From the human T2T-CHM13v2.0 reference genome, Homo sapiens: a stretch of DNA of 64,000 bases. The stretch lies in the NCBI RefSeq assembly GCF_009914755.1, contig NC_060937.1; one strand, 5' to 3'. A model generated the notes under the pieces. That model was not told the origin of the DNA and did no database searches. It saw only the letters and a program-made list of their open reading frames with translations. The position numbers were made by a program, and so were the translations under genes. This document shows, piece after piece, positions 1 through 16,307 of this stretch; the stretch's first letter is position 1, and each line of letters opens with the position of its first letter.

Positions 1-210
1 TAAGAAATATTTGTTGAATAAATTAAGTGAATGAGAACCTTGCAATCTTCGTAAAAATAAAATCATATAATTTGGGAAATTACTCAAGAAATTCATTTTT
101 TTCTTAAGCTCTATAATAATAATGATAATAATAATAATAATTTTAAGTGGCCAAAAGGGACATTTCCATTTTAAACAGATGACAAACATATTTTTAAATT
201 TCAGCTATGC

Positions 211-515
<305 letters not shown>

Positions 516-3500
516 TCAACTATGCCTTCTCCATTTCCCTCCTCCCTCCAACATGCAATAACAACAGCAGTATTAGGTTCCTTTAGCTGTAAAATGAAAA
601 TTTCCAATTGCACCTTAGAAGGAGGCTGGAAGGTAGGAGTTTATCTGGCACAAGTCTACAAAGCTGACAGGTGCACCAAACACCTGAGGTTGGGATCATG
701 GCAGGACAGGTGGGGTTTGGGGTCATCAGAGGTAAACTGAGGAGGAACTCACTTAGGAGGGAGCAAGTCAATGCCTTTCATGTCCTTCAGTCTTTCCTTT
801 AATCAGTCACTGAGTCAGTTAGGCTGCCAAGAAACACTTATGAAACATGGGAAAGGCTTTGCTCTTGAAGGTAAGTAAGGTACCATCTTTTCTCCTGAAA
901 AGTTGGTACTCTAGAGACTAATTTCAGAAACAGGCATCTTGCTCAGGAATGAGTGGCCAAGTATGATTTCACTTATAATCACAAGAGTCAGTGTGACTTG
1001 AAGTTGGGCTGTAATCTCAAACTTGTCACTAAGGAGATAGGTGACCTGCAACAGGTGAATTTAACCTCTCTGAAGTTCCATCAGCTCTTCTAAAATGAAT
1101 GACTTGGACAAGATCATCTATAAGACATCCATGTGCTCTAATACTTCATGACTCTGAAAAGAAAGAAGAGGTAAAAATACTGGCTGGAATTCCCTTGTCA
1201 TATTAAAAAGCTTGAAGAAAAATAAGTCATATAATCTATCAACAATTCACCTTTTAGAAGTTTGCTAGGCACTGATTTGCAAGAGAAGTAAGAGAAGGCA
1301 TCCATTCTTGTATTTCCTCAACAATTAGGTTATTTTACTATGTGGATTATACAGCAGAGGGTGAAAGACTTTTTTATTGCAAGACAAAGTTTCTCTATTC
1401 TACTACAAAAGAAATCTTGCTGGTGAGACAAGGACCAGATTGAAATACTCAGCAGAGTGGATGGAAAAGGGGGAAACTTGAAGCCAGATGAGACCCCAGT
1501 CTGCACTTCACTACCTGCACTGAACTTGGCCAAGCTCCTTCACTTACCTCATCTTTAAAGTAATGATCGGGACCTCAGTGTCATGGAAGGATGACATACG
1601 GAAAAACCCTTAATCAGGGCCTGACACACAGTGGACCCTTGTCAGGGCCGGTCCTCCTGCCCTCTCACCCCCAAGACATAAAAGGAGAGACCCTCAAGAG
1701 GTGGGAGTGGGCATCACTAGAATGGAATTGGCAAGGAAACCATGAAGGGCTTGAGCCAGCTCTTTAAAAGTGGGCAGGATCTAGGTAGGCAGAGAGAGAG
1801 ATAAAGGTATCTGACCTGGAAAACATTCCATGGCATAAGCCATGAGCCTGAAATAGAGTTTAGAGCCATTTCCAATAACTGATGGAAGGACAGCGCCAGG
1901 CAGGCGGTAAACTAACACCTGGAAAGGTTGTTATGAAATAAATACACACACACTCCTACACCCCCCACCCCCCCGCAGCGCACACACACACCACACACTC
2001 ACACATTTTAAAACACAGCCTGTATTTTAAAAAGCTTTTCTGGTAATTCCGATGCTCCGTGAGGTTTGGGTGTCACTGGCTGGATGGAGGAAACAGCAGC
2101 TGACTGACCTGGACAGGATAGAGCTCACACTGGGCAGCAGGAAAGTGACGGGAAAGGTCAGCACTGGAGTAGGAGCCTGGACTCAAATCCCCCCTGCCAC
2201 GCCCCTGCCATGGAGCCCTGGGAAGCCACATGATGTTTCCTATCCTCATTTGTCTCATTAATGCAATAGAGATCACGGCACCAGCTTTGTCTCCTGTGAG
2301 GGACTTTTGTTACAATCTGTTGATTTTAAACCACTGTTATATTACATTCATAGACTAACACTTAGCTGTAATGCGCTAGAGAAAAAATCAGGATCACCAT
2401 TAATCCCCATCATTATCATTGAGACTCTGGGATGCTGGAACGTCACAGCCAGCTCCCTCTGTGACACCCTGTGTGAGGCAACAGTGGGGCAGGACTCCGA
2501 AAATGGTTCCATGCTGTCACTACGACACCCATGAACTGTGATGCCTTCCTAAGTGCTAGACTGTGATTAGGGTGGAGGTCCTGGAGTCACTGGGGTCTCA
2601 TAAGTCATGAGAGTCATGCTGCTCTCTCAAACCTACATAGCTACAAGTAGTGGGTATGTGCCTTGCACACGCCACTTAACCTCTCCCAGCCTTGGAGGTC
2701 TCTTCCGCCTAAAGTAGGTTAGTAACGGTAAGCATAGTCAACACGTACCATTATGTAGTCTGTGCCATACGCACAGCAAGCAACCAACGAGGTGTGTGGA
2801 GGCTGAAATTCAGCCCCAGCTACATTCGCCAAGCCTCACAACTATGGGGCTGCATTGTCACTGAAGAGGCAACTTTTTCTAATTCATCATCCCAGAGAGG
2901 ACTGATGTGAATTTTCTAAATCACAGCAAGGTGCTGTTTGTGCTAACAGTGACCTTGGTAGTACCTGCTGAGAAGCCTGGGCATTAAGTACGAACATACA
3001 CGGAGTCCTTAGCACAGTGCCAGGAATACAACAGAGTCCAATACTGGGTAGCTGTTAATGTTAAAATATTATTCATTCATTCATTCATTCATTCACTCAG
3101 CAAGCATTCATTGTGCACCTCCTGTATACGAGCTACATGCTAGGGCAGCTGGCATGTCTGCAATGAATAAGACATTACCCTTTCCCTGGATGAGCTTGTG
3201 GTTTAAGGGTAAACAGAGACACAAGTAAATCATTATATTCAAGTATGGATACAGGAGGGCTTCTCCAGAGTGATCTTATAGCTTAAATTTCTGAATACTA
3301 ATGACTGTGCTATTAAGGTTTAATTTATTTATACAAATTCAGCATTTCATATCTGGAAAGTAAAACTTGTTATAACTCTTTGATAAAGCTGCTTACACAT
3401 CTTATACTTCCCTATGTTCAGATTAGACACACAAAACAGCGTAATCAAGCCACTGTTACAGGACCACCACCTGTGTCCACTTGGGTGCCAGGACCCTGCT

Positions 3501-3550
3501 GTCAAAGACAGGTCCACTTCCTTACAACATGGCCTAGAATTGGCTGATTA

Positions 3551-3904
<354 letters not shown>

Positions 3905-3985
3905 TCAAATATATTATTGGATGAAGTAGCCTAAGAACAAGTGAAAACGCATGGATGCACTCTTATTTTCAATTGTCCAGAAATA

Positions 3986-4065
3986 TCAGGTTGGTGAAAA
4001 AGTAATTGTGGTTTTTGCCATTGAAAGTAATAGAAAAGACTGCAATTATTTTTGCACCAACATAA
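3986..4065. mobile_element. MADE1 (Hsmar1-derived mariner MITE, 80 bp)
   Basis: TCAGGTTGGTGAAAAAGTAATTGTGGTTTTTGCC ... CTGCAATTATTTTTGCACCAACATAA, palindromic, flanked by TA at 3984-3985 and 4066-4067. Confidence 0.92.
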
Positions 4066-4901
4066 TACTTCACATTAAATAATAATTTTTAAACAAAAGA
4101 AATATATATATACATATATGTGTGTATATTTTACAAGGTTAAATGTAAAATATTTACATTTGCATTAGCAAAGGAGGATTTAACCTATGCAATTTTATAA
4201 GACTAGACTCCAGTCAGCTTTAGTGTTTTTCCCAGAGACAAATGGGAATAATGACAAAATAAAATGTTGGCAGATATAAAATCCCTGATGATAAATGATA
4301 GGCTTTATTACTACCTCTCCTAATTTCCTTTTCTGAGTAAGTACCCTAGGTGAAACCTACACAAGAAATAGCTTTAATGGTTTTAATAGTAGTGGTTTAA
4401 TGAACTAATCTATTATGAGCATTGTAAATATTTAATTAAGACACAGCTTAATTAAGACATTTAAAAAAAAGATCTGCAAGTCTATCATATCAAGAATTGT
4501 ACCTTGTCCCAATTTCCTATTATTCCTCAGTACCACAATACTTTTTAAAAAACTAATTAAAATATTTGCTTCAATATATGTCATAAGGAAATACACTCAC
4601 TGTATCAGTAACTCTGCAAACATCAAGGGTCATATTATTGCCTTACTTTATAATGCTGTTGTCAGAATCAATAAACAATAAAATAAAACAAACACTTTCT
4701 TTTTTGGGGGTTCACCTTCCCCAAAAGCAAGGGGCACAGAGGATGTGGACTGTAGATTGTAGATACTCAAGGGACTGTTTCCAAGGTCCTTTCAGTGATT
4801 TACACATGGCTGTTGTCTTACGTATATAACACCAAGTCACCAGTGAAGGTGAATTCACAAAGCAAGTCATGGCTCTACAAGGAACTGGCTTCCCCTGAGT
4901 G

Positions 4902-5078
4902 CAGGACCAGCTACATCATTTGCAGGGTCCAAGACAGAATGAAAATGTGGGCCTTCCATTCAATAATTATTAGGAATTTCAAGATGGTAACAGCAGAACA
5001 TTAAACCAAATGAGGGGCCCTTCTATGCATGGGGCCCTGTGTGACTGCAGAGGTCACATGACCCTGCAGTCAGCCCTG
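4902..5078 (-). mobile_element. MER45A-like hAT-Tip100 DNA transposon
   Basis: Termini CAGGACCAGCTACAT...GTCAGCCCTG and ~177-bp length match the recalled MER45A consensus. Confidence 0.8.
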
Positions 5079-5771
5079 CCGGGGTGTAGTGCAAAGACTG
5101 TTGAGATCTTAGAGGAGTTTGCAGGCTCCGGACTCCTGACTTGTCCCCTCTTGTCCCTTCTTCAATTCTGGTAGATGTAGTTCCAATAGCAGAAGGTACC
5201 AGTTATAAGTTGCTGGTATAAGTTGCTAAGTAGCCAAAGCTTCATGGGAGTGACACTGGTAGGTTTCCTAGGGTACACTTATGGGCTTCTGCCCTTTCTC
5301 TCAACTATCAGACCAACCCATGAAATCCAGACAGAAAAGGTACTAAAAGACTGAGGACATTAAGGTTCTTTTAGACTCACGGTCTAGTTTTACGGACTCA
5401 TTGATCTTTAAAGTTAAATGGGATCTTAGAGATTATCTAGTCCAATTTCTCTCATTTTAATTAGGTCTCCATCAAATTCCATTTAGGCCAAAAGCATGCA
5501 GATGAATTCTCATTTGCATAGCTCTACAGCTGATGGTGATTTTGATGATGAAATCATAGTTGACAGTCTTTCAGAAAGACAAAATGTTAGTATAATGAAA
5601 GATTCATGATATAACACTAATGGATCGATACGAGATGCTGCCAGCCATGCTAACAATATATTTAGCATTTGATTTTTTAAAAAATCCCAGTCAGAGCAAG
5701 GAGAGTGAGCTGAATGTCTTAGTTCTTGGAATTCCCTGGACATGGGATCTAGAATGAGTTTATAAGATATA

Positions 5772-6029
<258 letters not shown>

Positions 6030-6139
6030 CTAGAAGTGAAGGAAATGGGTGGTTTCGGGTGGGGGTTAAAGGATCTCCTTTATCAGGAACACATGCCTCT
6101 GCTCCTCTATTCCCTACTTATATGTATGTTGTCTTCAAT

Positions 6140-6385
6140 AATCCCTTACATAGGGTTTATTATGGGCCAGACACTGTGCTAAGTTCTTTGCAAATATTAA
6201 CTCATTTAATCCTCATAACAACCCTCTAAGGTAAGTACTATGCTTATCCTCCTCTTTAAAGATGAAGAAACTGACAAACATTGAGATTAATTATCTTGCC
6301 CAAGGGCCCACTGGTTTAACTGGTGGAGGCAGGATTCAAACTCATGTAGCTTTGACTCCAGTAGCTGTTCTTAACCACTAGATCG
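6140..6385 (-). mobile_element. MIR SINE
   Basis: MIR core: CTCATTTAATCCTCATAACAACCCT...GATGAAGAAACTGA...CTTGCCCAAGG...GGATTCAAACTC. Confidence 0.85.
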
Positions 6386-6896
6386 TGATGCTGTGCCAGT
6401 CATCTTCCATCATGCCCTAATACCACCAACGCTACCCTCTACTACACAGCTATAGGTACCAAAAGTTAAAGGACATGCATTTAAGACACTGTACAATCTA
6501 TGCTTCTAGCACTGTAGTTGTGACAAATATTTATGTCACCATATGACTAAACTGATGCTAACTTCACAGATGTTAATACCCATTTTTTGATGGGTTTTGA
6601 TTTTATATGTATGATATCCCAAATAGCTTCCACCCCTTTCCCACCCTTATGGTGCTACTCTAAAGGCTACACATACACTTTTCATTTGTCATTGCTTTGT
6701 TTTAGATCTAAGAGCTAGAAATCAAACACTTAGCACAAAGCCTCTCTTCTTTCTGTCTAGAAAGAATAAAACCTTCTATAAGATAATACTTGAAATATGC
6801 AAAAGCTTTTTTGACTTATGTTCATTGTAACAATAAGTTCTCTTTTATATCTACTGCTTAGGAAATCTTTTCTTGGCACTAAAAGAAAGACACAAT

Positions 6897-7012
6897 GGCT
6901 GGGCACGGTGGCTCATGCCTGTAATCCCAGCACTTTGGGAGGCCAAGGCAGGTGGATCACGAAGTCAGGAGTTCAAGACCAGCGAGACTCTGTCTCAAAG
7001 AAAAAAAAAAAA
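6897..7012 (+). mobile_element. Alu with a large internal deletion
   Basis: Left-arm start runs to GACCAG and is joined directly to CGAGACTCTGTCTC and the A-tail. Confidence 0.9.
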
Positions 7013-7208
7013 GGAAAATACTATTTATTACCAAGACTATGAGGACAACATCTTGTGGCCAGGAAAGGTGCAATCCATCATTGTTTTCTAGTTGGTTGTT
7101 AAGATTTCTGTGATGAATACAACTCAACATCAGGTAAGGGAGGGAAGCACTATCTTGCCATCTTTGTAGTGTCATTGTGACAACATGTATGCTCCCACAA
7201 AGGGGTAG

Positions 7209-7510
<302 letters not shown>

Positions 7511-8448
7511 TGGAAAAACACTTTCAAAGATGCTTCAAGAAATTTGAAAATGTTTCCATTTTATCCAGATGCAGAGAGAATAAGAAGCATAAGACCTTCC
7601 AGTTTAATATCATTGCAAGCAAATGTATGAATTTTTATGGATTGCATAATTGTCTCTCTTGTTCATTGAATTTCCTATATAGGAAGGAGAAAGGAGCATT
7701 CAACAAACACAATATGCCATGATGCACTATAGATAATGAAGCCTCTATTGTACAAAAAACCAGAAACATAAGATTCTGAAAATTTTATTTTGGATAAAAA
7801 TGTTACTAAAGAAAGATACTGCCTGAGAGTGTAAGATGTCTTGACACAGCAGATTTGCAAATAAAATATTGTGTAGTCATGCTACATTCTATACTGCTCT
7901 TGTGCAATTTCTGGAAGCTTGCTTCATTTCTGGTCAGATAGATGAGTTAAGTGATTTGGGCAGCATAGTAAAATTTATGTGCCTCACCAAGATAGAGCCA
8001 TGGTACTGAATTAATATCCTGCACTACTGTCCCAACATGCTTTGACAAGGATGCTATTTCATGGCTCAATAAATACTTATGGACTAACTACAAACGTGAC
8101 AAAAATGTTTGTCCTTCAACTCAACTCTTTTAGGACTAAACATTCAAGGACTCTGAAAAAAGCCCAGAAATGTTGTAAGACTTTTAAAACCACTTTTATT
8201 TTAATTTTACAAGCTTGCTAAACTTGCAAAAGGACAGAATAGAAATATACTGTTGGATAAACCCCTAGGAAACTTCACAAAGTCTTAAAGCAAAATTTTC
8301 TCCATATGTGCTTTGTTCAACATAAGATGTAAAAAGCACAAAAGAGAAGTAGATATTAATTTCATTAGACATGCTCTATGTCTAAATGATCAAGTTGGTG
8401 GCTTACAAAAAATCATATTCTGCGGTCCTCTCAAGAAATTTCCGTGAA

Positions 8449-8715
8449 CGGCATGGCGCGGTGCCTCAAGCCTGTAATCCCAGCACTTTGAGAGGCCGAG
8501 GTGGGCGGATCACAAGGTCAGGATATCAAGACCAACCTCGCTAACATGGTGAAATCCTGTCTCTACTAAAAATACAAAAAAATTAGCCGGGTGTGGTGGC
8601 TTCAACTCGGGAGGTGGAGGTTGCAGTGAGTCAAGATCGTGCCACTGCACTCCAGCCTGGGCGACAGAGCGAGACTCCGTCTCCAAAAAAAAAAAAAAAG
8701 AAGAAGAAAAAAAGA
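8449..8715 (+). mobile_element. AluS-like with a small internal deletion
   Basis: Alu sequence and A-tail; TSD-like AAGAAATTTC..GAAC. Confidence 0.92.
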
Positions 8716-8856
8716 AATTTCAGCGAACCAGCTGGGCTTGTGCCTCTTATTCAGAGCAGCCACCAGCAATTAATGAATATGGTCTTTCTTTTTTCCAATT
8801 CAAGGAGGACGCTGTATTGCCCCCCAGGGTGGGCCAGCATATTGCAGATAGGTTAG

Positions 8857-9187
<331 letters not shown>

Positions 9188-9624
9188 ACAAATACAAACA
9201 TTTAAGACATTGGTTATCTATTTATATGCTCTGAAAAATTTTACCTTAACCAGTGGTGTCAGAGGCAAAGCATAACCCTTAAAGGTCAGTAAATGGATGC
9301 TATATTGGAAAAATCAATATGCACAGCCTTTCCTAAGAGCTAAGCTTTGTTTGATCAGACTATTCCTGGGTATCAGGACACTGGCCAAGTCCTGCCAAAA
9401 GTAAAGCTCTTATCCCATTATACGTAGGCCCAACCAGTTATAGTAACCAGAGGAGTGCTCATGCTAAAAACATTTTTTATTTAATAAACTGTGTTTTTCT
9501 TTTTTGTGCATATGCAGGCAACTTGAGAAGTATTTTCCTTAAAAAAAGTTTGTTTGCTTTTTTACTTTGCAATATAATTTTTAAATTAAAAAGGCATTTG
9601 ATCAGTGAGGGTTTTTTTATAGTT

Positions 9625-9790
9625 TGTTTTTTTTTTTTTAAGACATGGGGTCTCACTGTGCCACCCAGGCTGAAGGGCAGTCGCATGATCATAGCTTACT
9701 GAATCTTTGAATTCCTGGGCAAGAGCTATCTTCCCACCTCAGCCTCCTGAGTAGCTGGGAGCACAGAGGCACGAGCCACCATGCCCATCA
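9625..9790 (-). mobile_element. Alu right-monomer fragment (FRAM/AluJ-like)
   Basis: Poly(T) followed by a diverged Alu right arm. Confidence 0.85.
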
Positions 9791-9999
9791 ATGATTATTT
9801 TTGTCCATCAACAGTTCTAGGACCAAATTTGTAACTCTATCACAAAAGATTATGTAATATAGCAGTACTATTGTGATAGAAGAATGTTGAATTTAGAAAT
9901 AATGTTGCTCTCTTTCTATTTTCCTGAAAATTTAGTACGTGCGTATGTACTAATAGTACTTGCATATGGACATATTTATGTCCAAATATTGCACTCTAA

Positions 10000-11080
10000 C
10001 CAAAGAGCCCCCCAGGACTTGGCCCTTGGCCCCTTCCCCTTATCTGCAATCTCTTCTAAGTAGCTCCACCCAGTTCCCAAGTTTTATAAAGTAGTCATAT
10101 GCCAATAATTCCCACATTATATCTCTGGCTCTGACTTTCCTACAAAGCCGATACTTATGCATCCAATTCCTTGACTTTTACTTTTGGATGTCTAGTAGGC
10201 ATTCCAAAGCTAATGGAGCCAACAGAGAACCTTTGAGTCCTTTTTCTCTCCCATGCAAATCTGCCAGTTATCCTCATCTTGGCCAACATTGCTACACTCC
10301 ACTTAGCTGCTCAGATCAAAACCCTAAAACTTAAAGTATAATAATAGTAAAATTAAAAAAAATTATTAATTAAAAAAAAAAATCTGGCTGGGCTCGGTGG
10401 CTCATGCCTATCATCCCAGCACCTTGGGAGGTGGAGGTGGGAACATTGTTTGAGCCCAGGAGTTTGAGACCAGACTGGTCTGGGCAACATGAAGAAACCC
10501 CATCTCTACAAAAATGCAAAAATTAGCCAGGAGTGGTGACGCAAGCCTGTAGTCCCAGCTACTCGGAAGGCTGATGTGGGAGGACGCTTGAGTCTTCAAG
10601 GTTGAGGCTGCACTGAGCCATGATTCCACCACCGTACTCCAGACTGGGCAACAGATTGAGACCCTGTCTTAAAAAAAAAAAAAAAAAAAAAAAAAACAAA
10701 TCTAGTAGTCCCTCTCCCTAGCTTCCAACAACCAACCTGTTATTGTCTCTATTTCAAGACACACTCCAAATCTGTTCCTTTCTCTCCATTTCTATCACTA
10801 TCACCCTAGTCCATGTCACTGTTTATCTCTCACCTAGACCATCACTGGTAGTAATTTATTCAGGTCTTGTCACTCCTCTGCTTGAAGCCCTTTGTTCTTA
10901 TCTCCTGTAGAACCAAATCAAAACTTCTTTTCCTGCCAACAAAGCCTAACTTTATCTTATAACCTGACCCTCTGTCTACACTTCTGACATCCACTCTTAC
11001 CACCTATTTCATTATTCTCCAGGCACGACTGATCTTTTTTTTTCTGTCCCTGTGATAGGACAAGTTCCTTCTGACCTCAA
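10000..11080 (+). mobile_element. L2 LINE fragments, split by the Alu at 10386-10697
   Basis: Pyrimidine-rich L2-like motifs (TTGGATGTCTAGTAGGCATT, CTCACCTAGAC, GTCACTCCTCTGCTTGAAGCCC). Confidence 0.7.
10386..10697 (+). mobile_element. AluJ-like
   Basis: Alu dimer with poly(A) tail. Confidence 0.93.
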
Positions 11081-11167
11081 TTAAGCAAAACTTTTCTTAG
11101 GGCTTAGAATATAACCCTGTATTCGCCCCAGAATTCTGCAAGTTATTATGTGGGAATTAAGGTAAGT

Positions 11168-11333
11168 CAGTGGTTCTCAACCTGGACTGCACAGTGAAAT
11201 CTTCTGCAGGGCTTTTAAAAATATGGATACCAAGACCCCATCTGAATTGAATCAGAATCTCCGGGAGGAGGTCAGAGAATTAGTACTTCTAAAGGCTCCA
11301 AATGAGTCTATGTGGCTAAAGTTGACAACCCTG
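11168..11333. mobile_element. MER5A-like hAT-Charlie MITE
   Basis: Begins CAGTGGTTCTCAAC, contains internal GAATCAGAATCT, ends GTTGACAACCCTG. Confidence 0.75.
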
Positions 11334-13038
11334 ATATAAGTGATGTGCTCTTCTTTTCTAATTTTAATTGTATATTTTCTTGACTTAGATTTTTTTGTTA
11401 TTGTTAATATAAATAGCATCTAAACGTAGTATCATCTCAAAAGATGTTTAAAAAACAAACAAAAAATGCTGACAGAATAGAATGGTCAATTCTACACAGA
11501 AAAGTGATGATAAAACGGATATAAAATACATGAAAAGAATAGTTGAGTATCATCCTGTACTTTTGATATTATAGAACACATTTAGATGTTAATGAGGAAG
11601 TTTTTGTGGCTCATGTTTTATTCTTGATCTTGCTTTGCATTGAAGTCCCAATCTTGTGTTTATATCACTTCACAGGATGCTACTGTTGACTTTGAGAATG
11701 AATGAACCTGTTTTAACATGACAAGAACTCACGGAAATTTGGTGGAATTAATGTTTCTAACAAAACTTGAACTTTTCACTGTTTTAAGTCAGAATATTTT
11801 TGGCAGCAATATAACTTCCTGTGTCTATGATAAATGATTTAAAATGAGACTATAAAGAAGATCAAAAGACTTAGACATCAATTAGCTCACAGGCTACCTA
11901 AATATTGTTATATGAGTATAATGGAATCAAACATATGGATTACATTTCCATTAAAATAGAGTAGGGTTTTAAAGCAGAGAATCAGAAAGCTTTAGGAAAG
12001 TCATTTGAATGTTCTTAGACTTTAACAGCTAAAAAGTAATTCAAGCTGCTTACAAACACCAAAAGCTAACGGGTATGCTTCTGCCTAAAGAATTTAATGA
12101 TGCCATAAAAGTTTAGAATTGTCACCAGCAGTGGTTGATTAGGGAACTGGGGAAGCCAAAATAACCTGTCACTCTCCCACCTTGAAGAAACCTGCTGTGC
12201 ATGTAGGGTTTACAACAGCATCTCATTCTTGTAGCTCTCCCAATGGTTGTGGGCAGAATGAACCACAGAGGGGCCCTGACAAGCTAGATGTATGGCTGTT
12301 TGTTTGTTTCAAATCCCTATAAGCCCATACACTAAAGAGTGCAATGGGATGATTAGGGGACAAGCTACTTTAGGTGCACAGGGTTATTCTTGTTACTCCA
12401 GGAGGGAAGAAAGAGTACTTTTCCAGTTCTTTTTGTTGTTCTTTTGTAATTGAACTGCAAGTGACAGAGGGTCTTAGAAAGGATTTGGTGGTCCACAGGT
12501 CTCCACAAAGTCCAGGGAGGAGGCCATGTGGTACAATAGGAAATAGGCACAGATGGCTTTTGACTTCTGATGACCTGAATTCGAATCCTGCTTTGAACAC
12601 TAACAACTAAACAATTACCATCATTATTGTAATAATGGATACTGAGATGACAGTGAGAAAAACTTGCTGGGCCCCATGAGGAGCATAATTTTAGAAAATT
12701 AAGAAGTATGCATGGACAACAATTCCACAATCTAGTGGAAATTTAGCAACTGCCACGGAATTGGAAAGCCCAATAAGAGCTCCCAATATAAGTTCTTCTT
12801 TAACAATAACTCCTTTTCATATTTTTGCAATGAAGTGAATATATTTGAACATCATTCATATCTTATCTTTCCATTGGTTTCATTATTTGTGTCACTGTGA
12901 CCTACGTTAAGAAATGCTTTTCCCAGGCTATTTGTTCAAGCAGAAAAAAAAAGGTCTTGCTTTGGGGCTTCCTTGTTAGGAAGATTTCAGATTTGACCTG
13001 GCATGTGCTAAGGACAATCTTAAATGCTTTTGTACCTG

Positions 13039-13440
13039 TGGTATCCAGCCTCCAGTTTGGCCCTCAGTCATCCCCACCTCCTGGTAGCCACTTCGTGTGT
13101 AGTCAGTTCCCTCCCACATGATATGTCACTTCTGAGATCAGGTTACAAACACTGCAATTTCTGTCTTGAGTGCATGCTCTCTTCTCTCAGATCTCTGCCA
13201 TATTGTGTGTCAGGCACACAGGGCAAGAAATTGAAGCTGCCAGCCAACAGCCAGAGAGAAACCAAGGCCTGCCAACAACTAGGTGAGCGAGCTTGGAAGC
13301 AGATCCATCAGACCCAGTCAAGCCTTCAGATGACTGCCACCCCAGCTGACAGCTTGAAGGCCATCTTATGAGATACCCTAAGACAAAACCACCCAGCTAA
13401 CCTCCCCAGGCCCCAGAAACTCTAGGATAATAACTGGTTT
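13039..13440 (+). mobile_element. MaLR LTR (MLT1F-like)
   Basis: CAGCCAACAGCCAG...CCAGTCAAGCCTTCAGATGACTGC...CACCCAGCTAA, typical of MLT1 LTRs. Confidence 0.7.
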
Positions 13441-13685
13441 AGTTCGGTTTGGTTTGGCATTTTTCAAGTATGTATGATCCCCTCCTTCCTAAATATGGTC
13501 ACATGGCACAGAAACCCATAGGCTTTAATATGCTTAAATAGCTCTACTTCTTTTTGTCTATCTGTTCAGTTGACAAGACAGCTTTTCATGAAGAGAAATA
13601 AGAGTGAGTTAGAAAAAGGATTTCCTTCCTTGGGATGGAAAAAAGCAAAAGGAAGAATCAAATACCTTCAGAATGCCCTAGATAG

Positions 13686-14056
<371 letters not shown>

Positions 14057-14230
14057 TGAACACTGTTCCATTGACTAAGTATAGTAAGAAGAAAATTTTA
14101 GGCAAGTTAAGGAAGTTCCAGCACTAAGCTTACTTGATAAAAACAGATATAAAAGCAAGACAGAAAATAAGTCAATAGCCTAATATCATCTGTTGACAGA
14201 ACAGATGCCCTCTTGGGGCGTATTCATATA

Positions 14231-14906
<676 letters not shown>

Positions 14907-16239
14907 TGGTTGGTTATTCTGGTACTGTGAACTGAACCATACAAAGAACACTTTTACAAATGAAGAACATTTTCACCTAGAATTGATGCCAACATTAATA
15001 ACTTAAGTATTTCAGTGTCTCATGGCCAAAGTTCCATATTTTAGCTACCTTAGCAAGAAAATCCAAGAAAATCAATTTGCATCTAAAAGCGCCTTCACGG
15101 AGTTGGCCTGGTTTTGTGGCAGGCATCCCAGCTTGCTTAGAGAAGGAGAAGTTGAAGTCGGCCTCACAGAGGATTGTTTGGTCCCAGCTGAATAACCTGC
15201 TGGCATCCACTGTGAGCAGAGTGGTAAGCAGATTATGGGTAAGCAGATATTAATATTCTGATTAAACATTTTCAAACCTCATACCGCTATTTTAAAAAAT
15301 AATTGCACTACTCTTGAGAGCACTCTTATAGTTCCCATTCTGAAACCACTTTTAGCTTTCTATATATTCACGATCTTAAAGTCTCTATCTACAGTTTATT
15401 TCCCAGGATTAAAACTTTTTCCCTTCACCACCTTAACTGCAATGTAAAATTCATGTGAATATGACTTTCTTGGACAATCTTAATAGCTTAAAATCTTTAC
15501 ATGACACTCTCTTCCTTCCCAGATCTCTTCTTGAAAAAGACAGAGCTGCAGTCATCTTCGGTCTCAGGTTCTATAAAAACCCAGCACAGCCTTGGCAGGC
15601 CTCCTGGAATGACTTCTTGTTTCCTGAGGACCCATTGATTTAACAAACTAACAAACGTAAATAACAGAAGCTATGAAAGAAACATTTGCAGTAAGCATTC
15701 TGAAGTTATGAAGCAACAAAAGTTTACTAGACCACAAAAATTTCTCTAACACCATCCATCATGTAGAATATACAATTTAGCATGATAACAGGGAAAGTTA
15801 CTAATTGTTATTAATTGAGGTCTACAGTGCATGTACAGGTTTTTAAACATCAACAGTCAAAACTGCTGGGTTACCACAATTTATTTCTGGGTCCAAACCA
15901 AAAAAGTCTGTTTATTTCTTAGGTGCACACTAAATGTGGCCACTGTGTTGGAGAGAAAATGTGGAATGAACATTGTATGCTTACAACATTGAGTGTTGGA
16001 ATCATCCATAATCTCCACTTCTAATTTAGCTTGCTAGTGACCTTCTCTCAAGGTGCTATAGATTCTGGGCATCTTCCCCAGAATGCTTTCAGGCTGATGA
16101 GGATGTGGGTGCATGGGTTTAAGGGCAGAACACCTAGCAAACCACTTGCTTTACAGTTCAAGTAAGGAAAAAAGGGAGGAGTTCAAAGAAGGTTAAATCT
16201 CCCGCTTCACCAGTGGTGTCCTTTCCTTCTTTCTAGGCA

Positions 16240-16307
16240 TCAGACCTTCTTCTCTAGAACTTTCTTCTGCCCCATGTGGTGGTCACTGCCCAGCTCAAGA
16301 GATAGTC
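16240..16307 (-). CDS. Candidate alternative terminal exon (22 codons, GLSLELGSDHHMGQKKVLEKKV*) if spliced to the first exon
   Basis: Strong acceptor CCTTGTTGCCTCTGTGTCCTCTCCAG| (AG at 16309-16308). Open in phase 1 to TGA at 16242-16240. Minus-strand AATAAA at 15916-15911 and 15885-15880. Confidence 0.4.
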
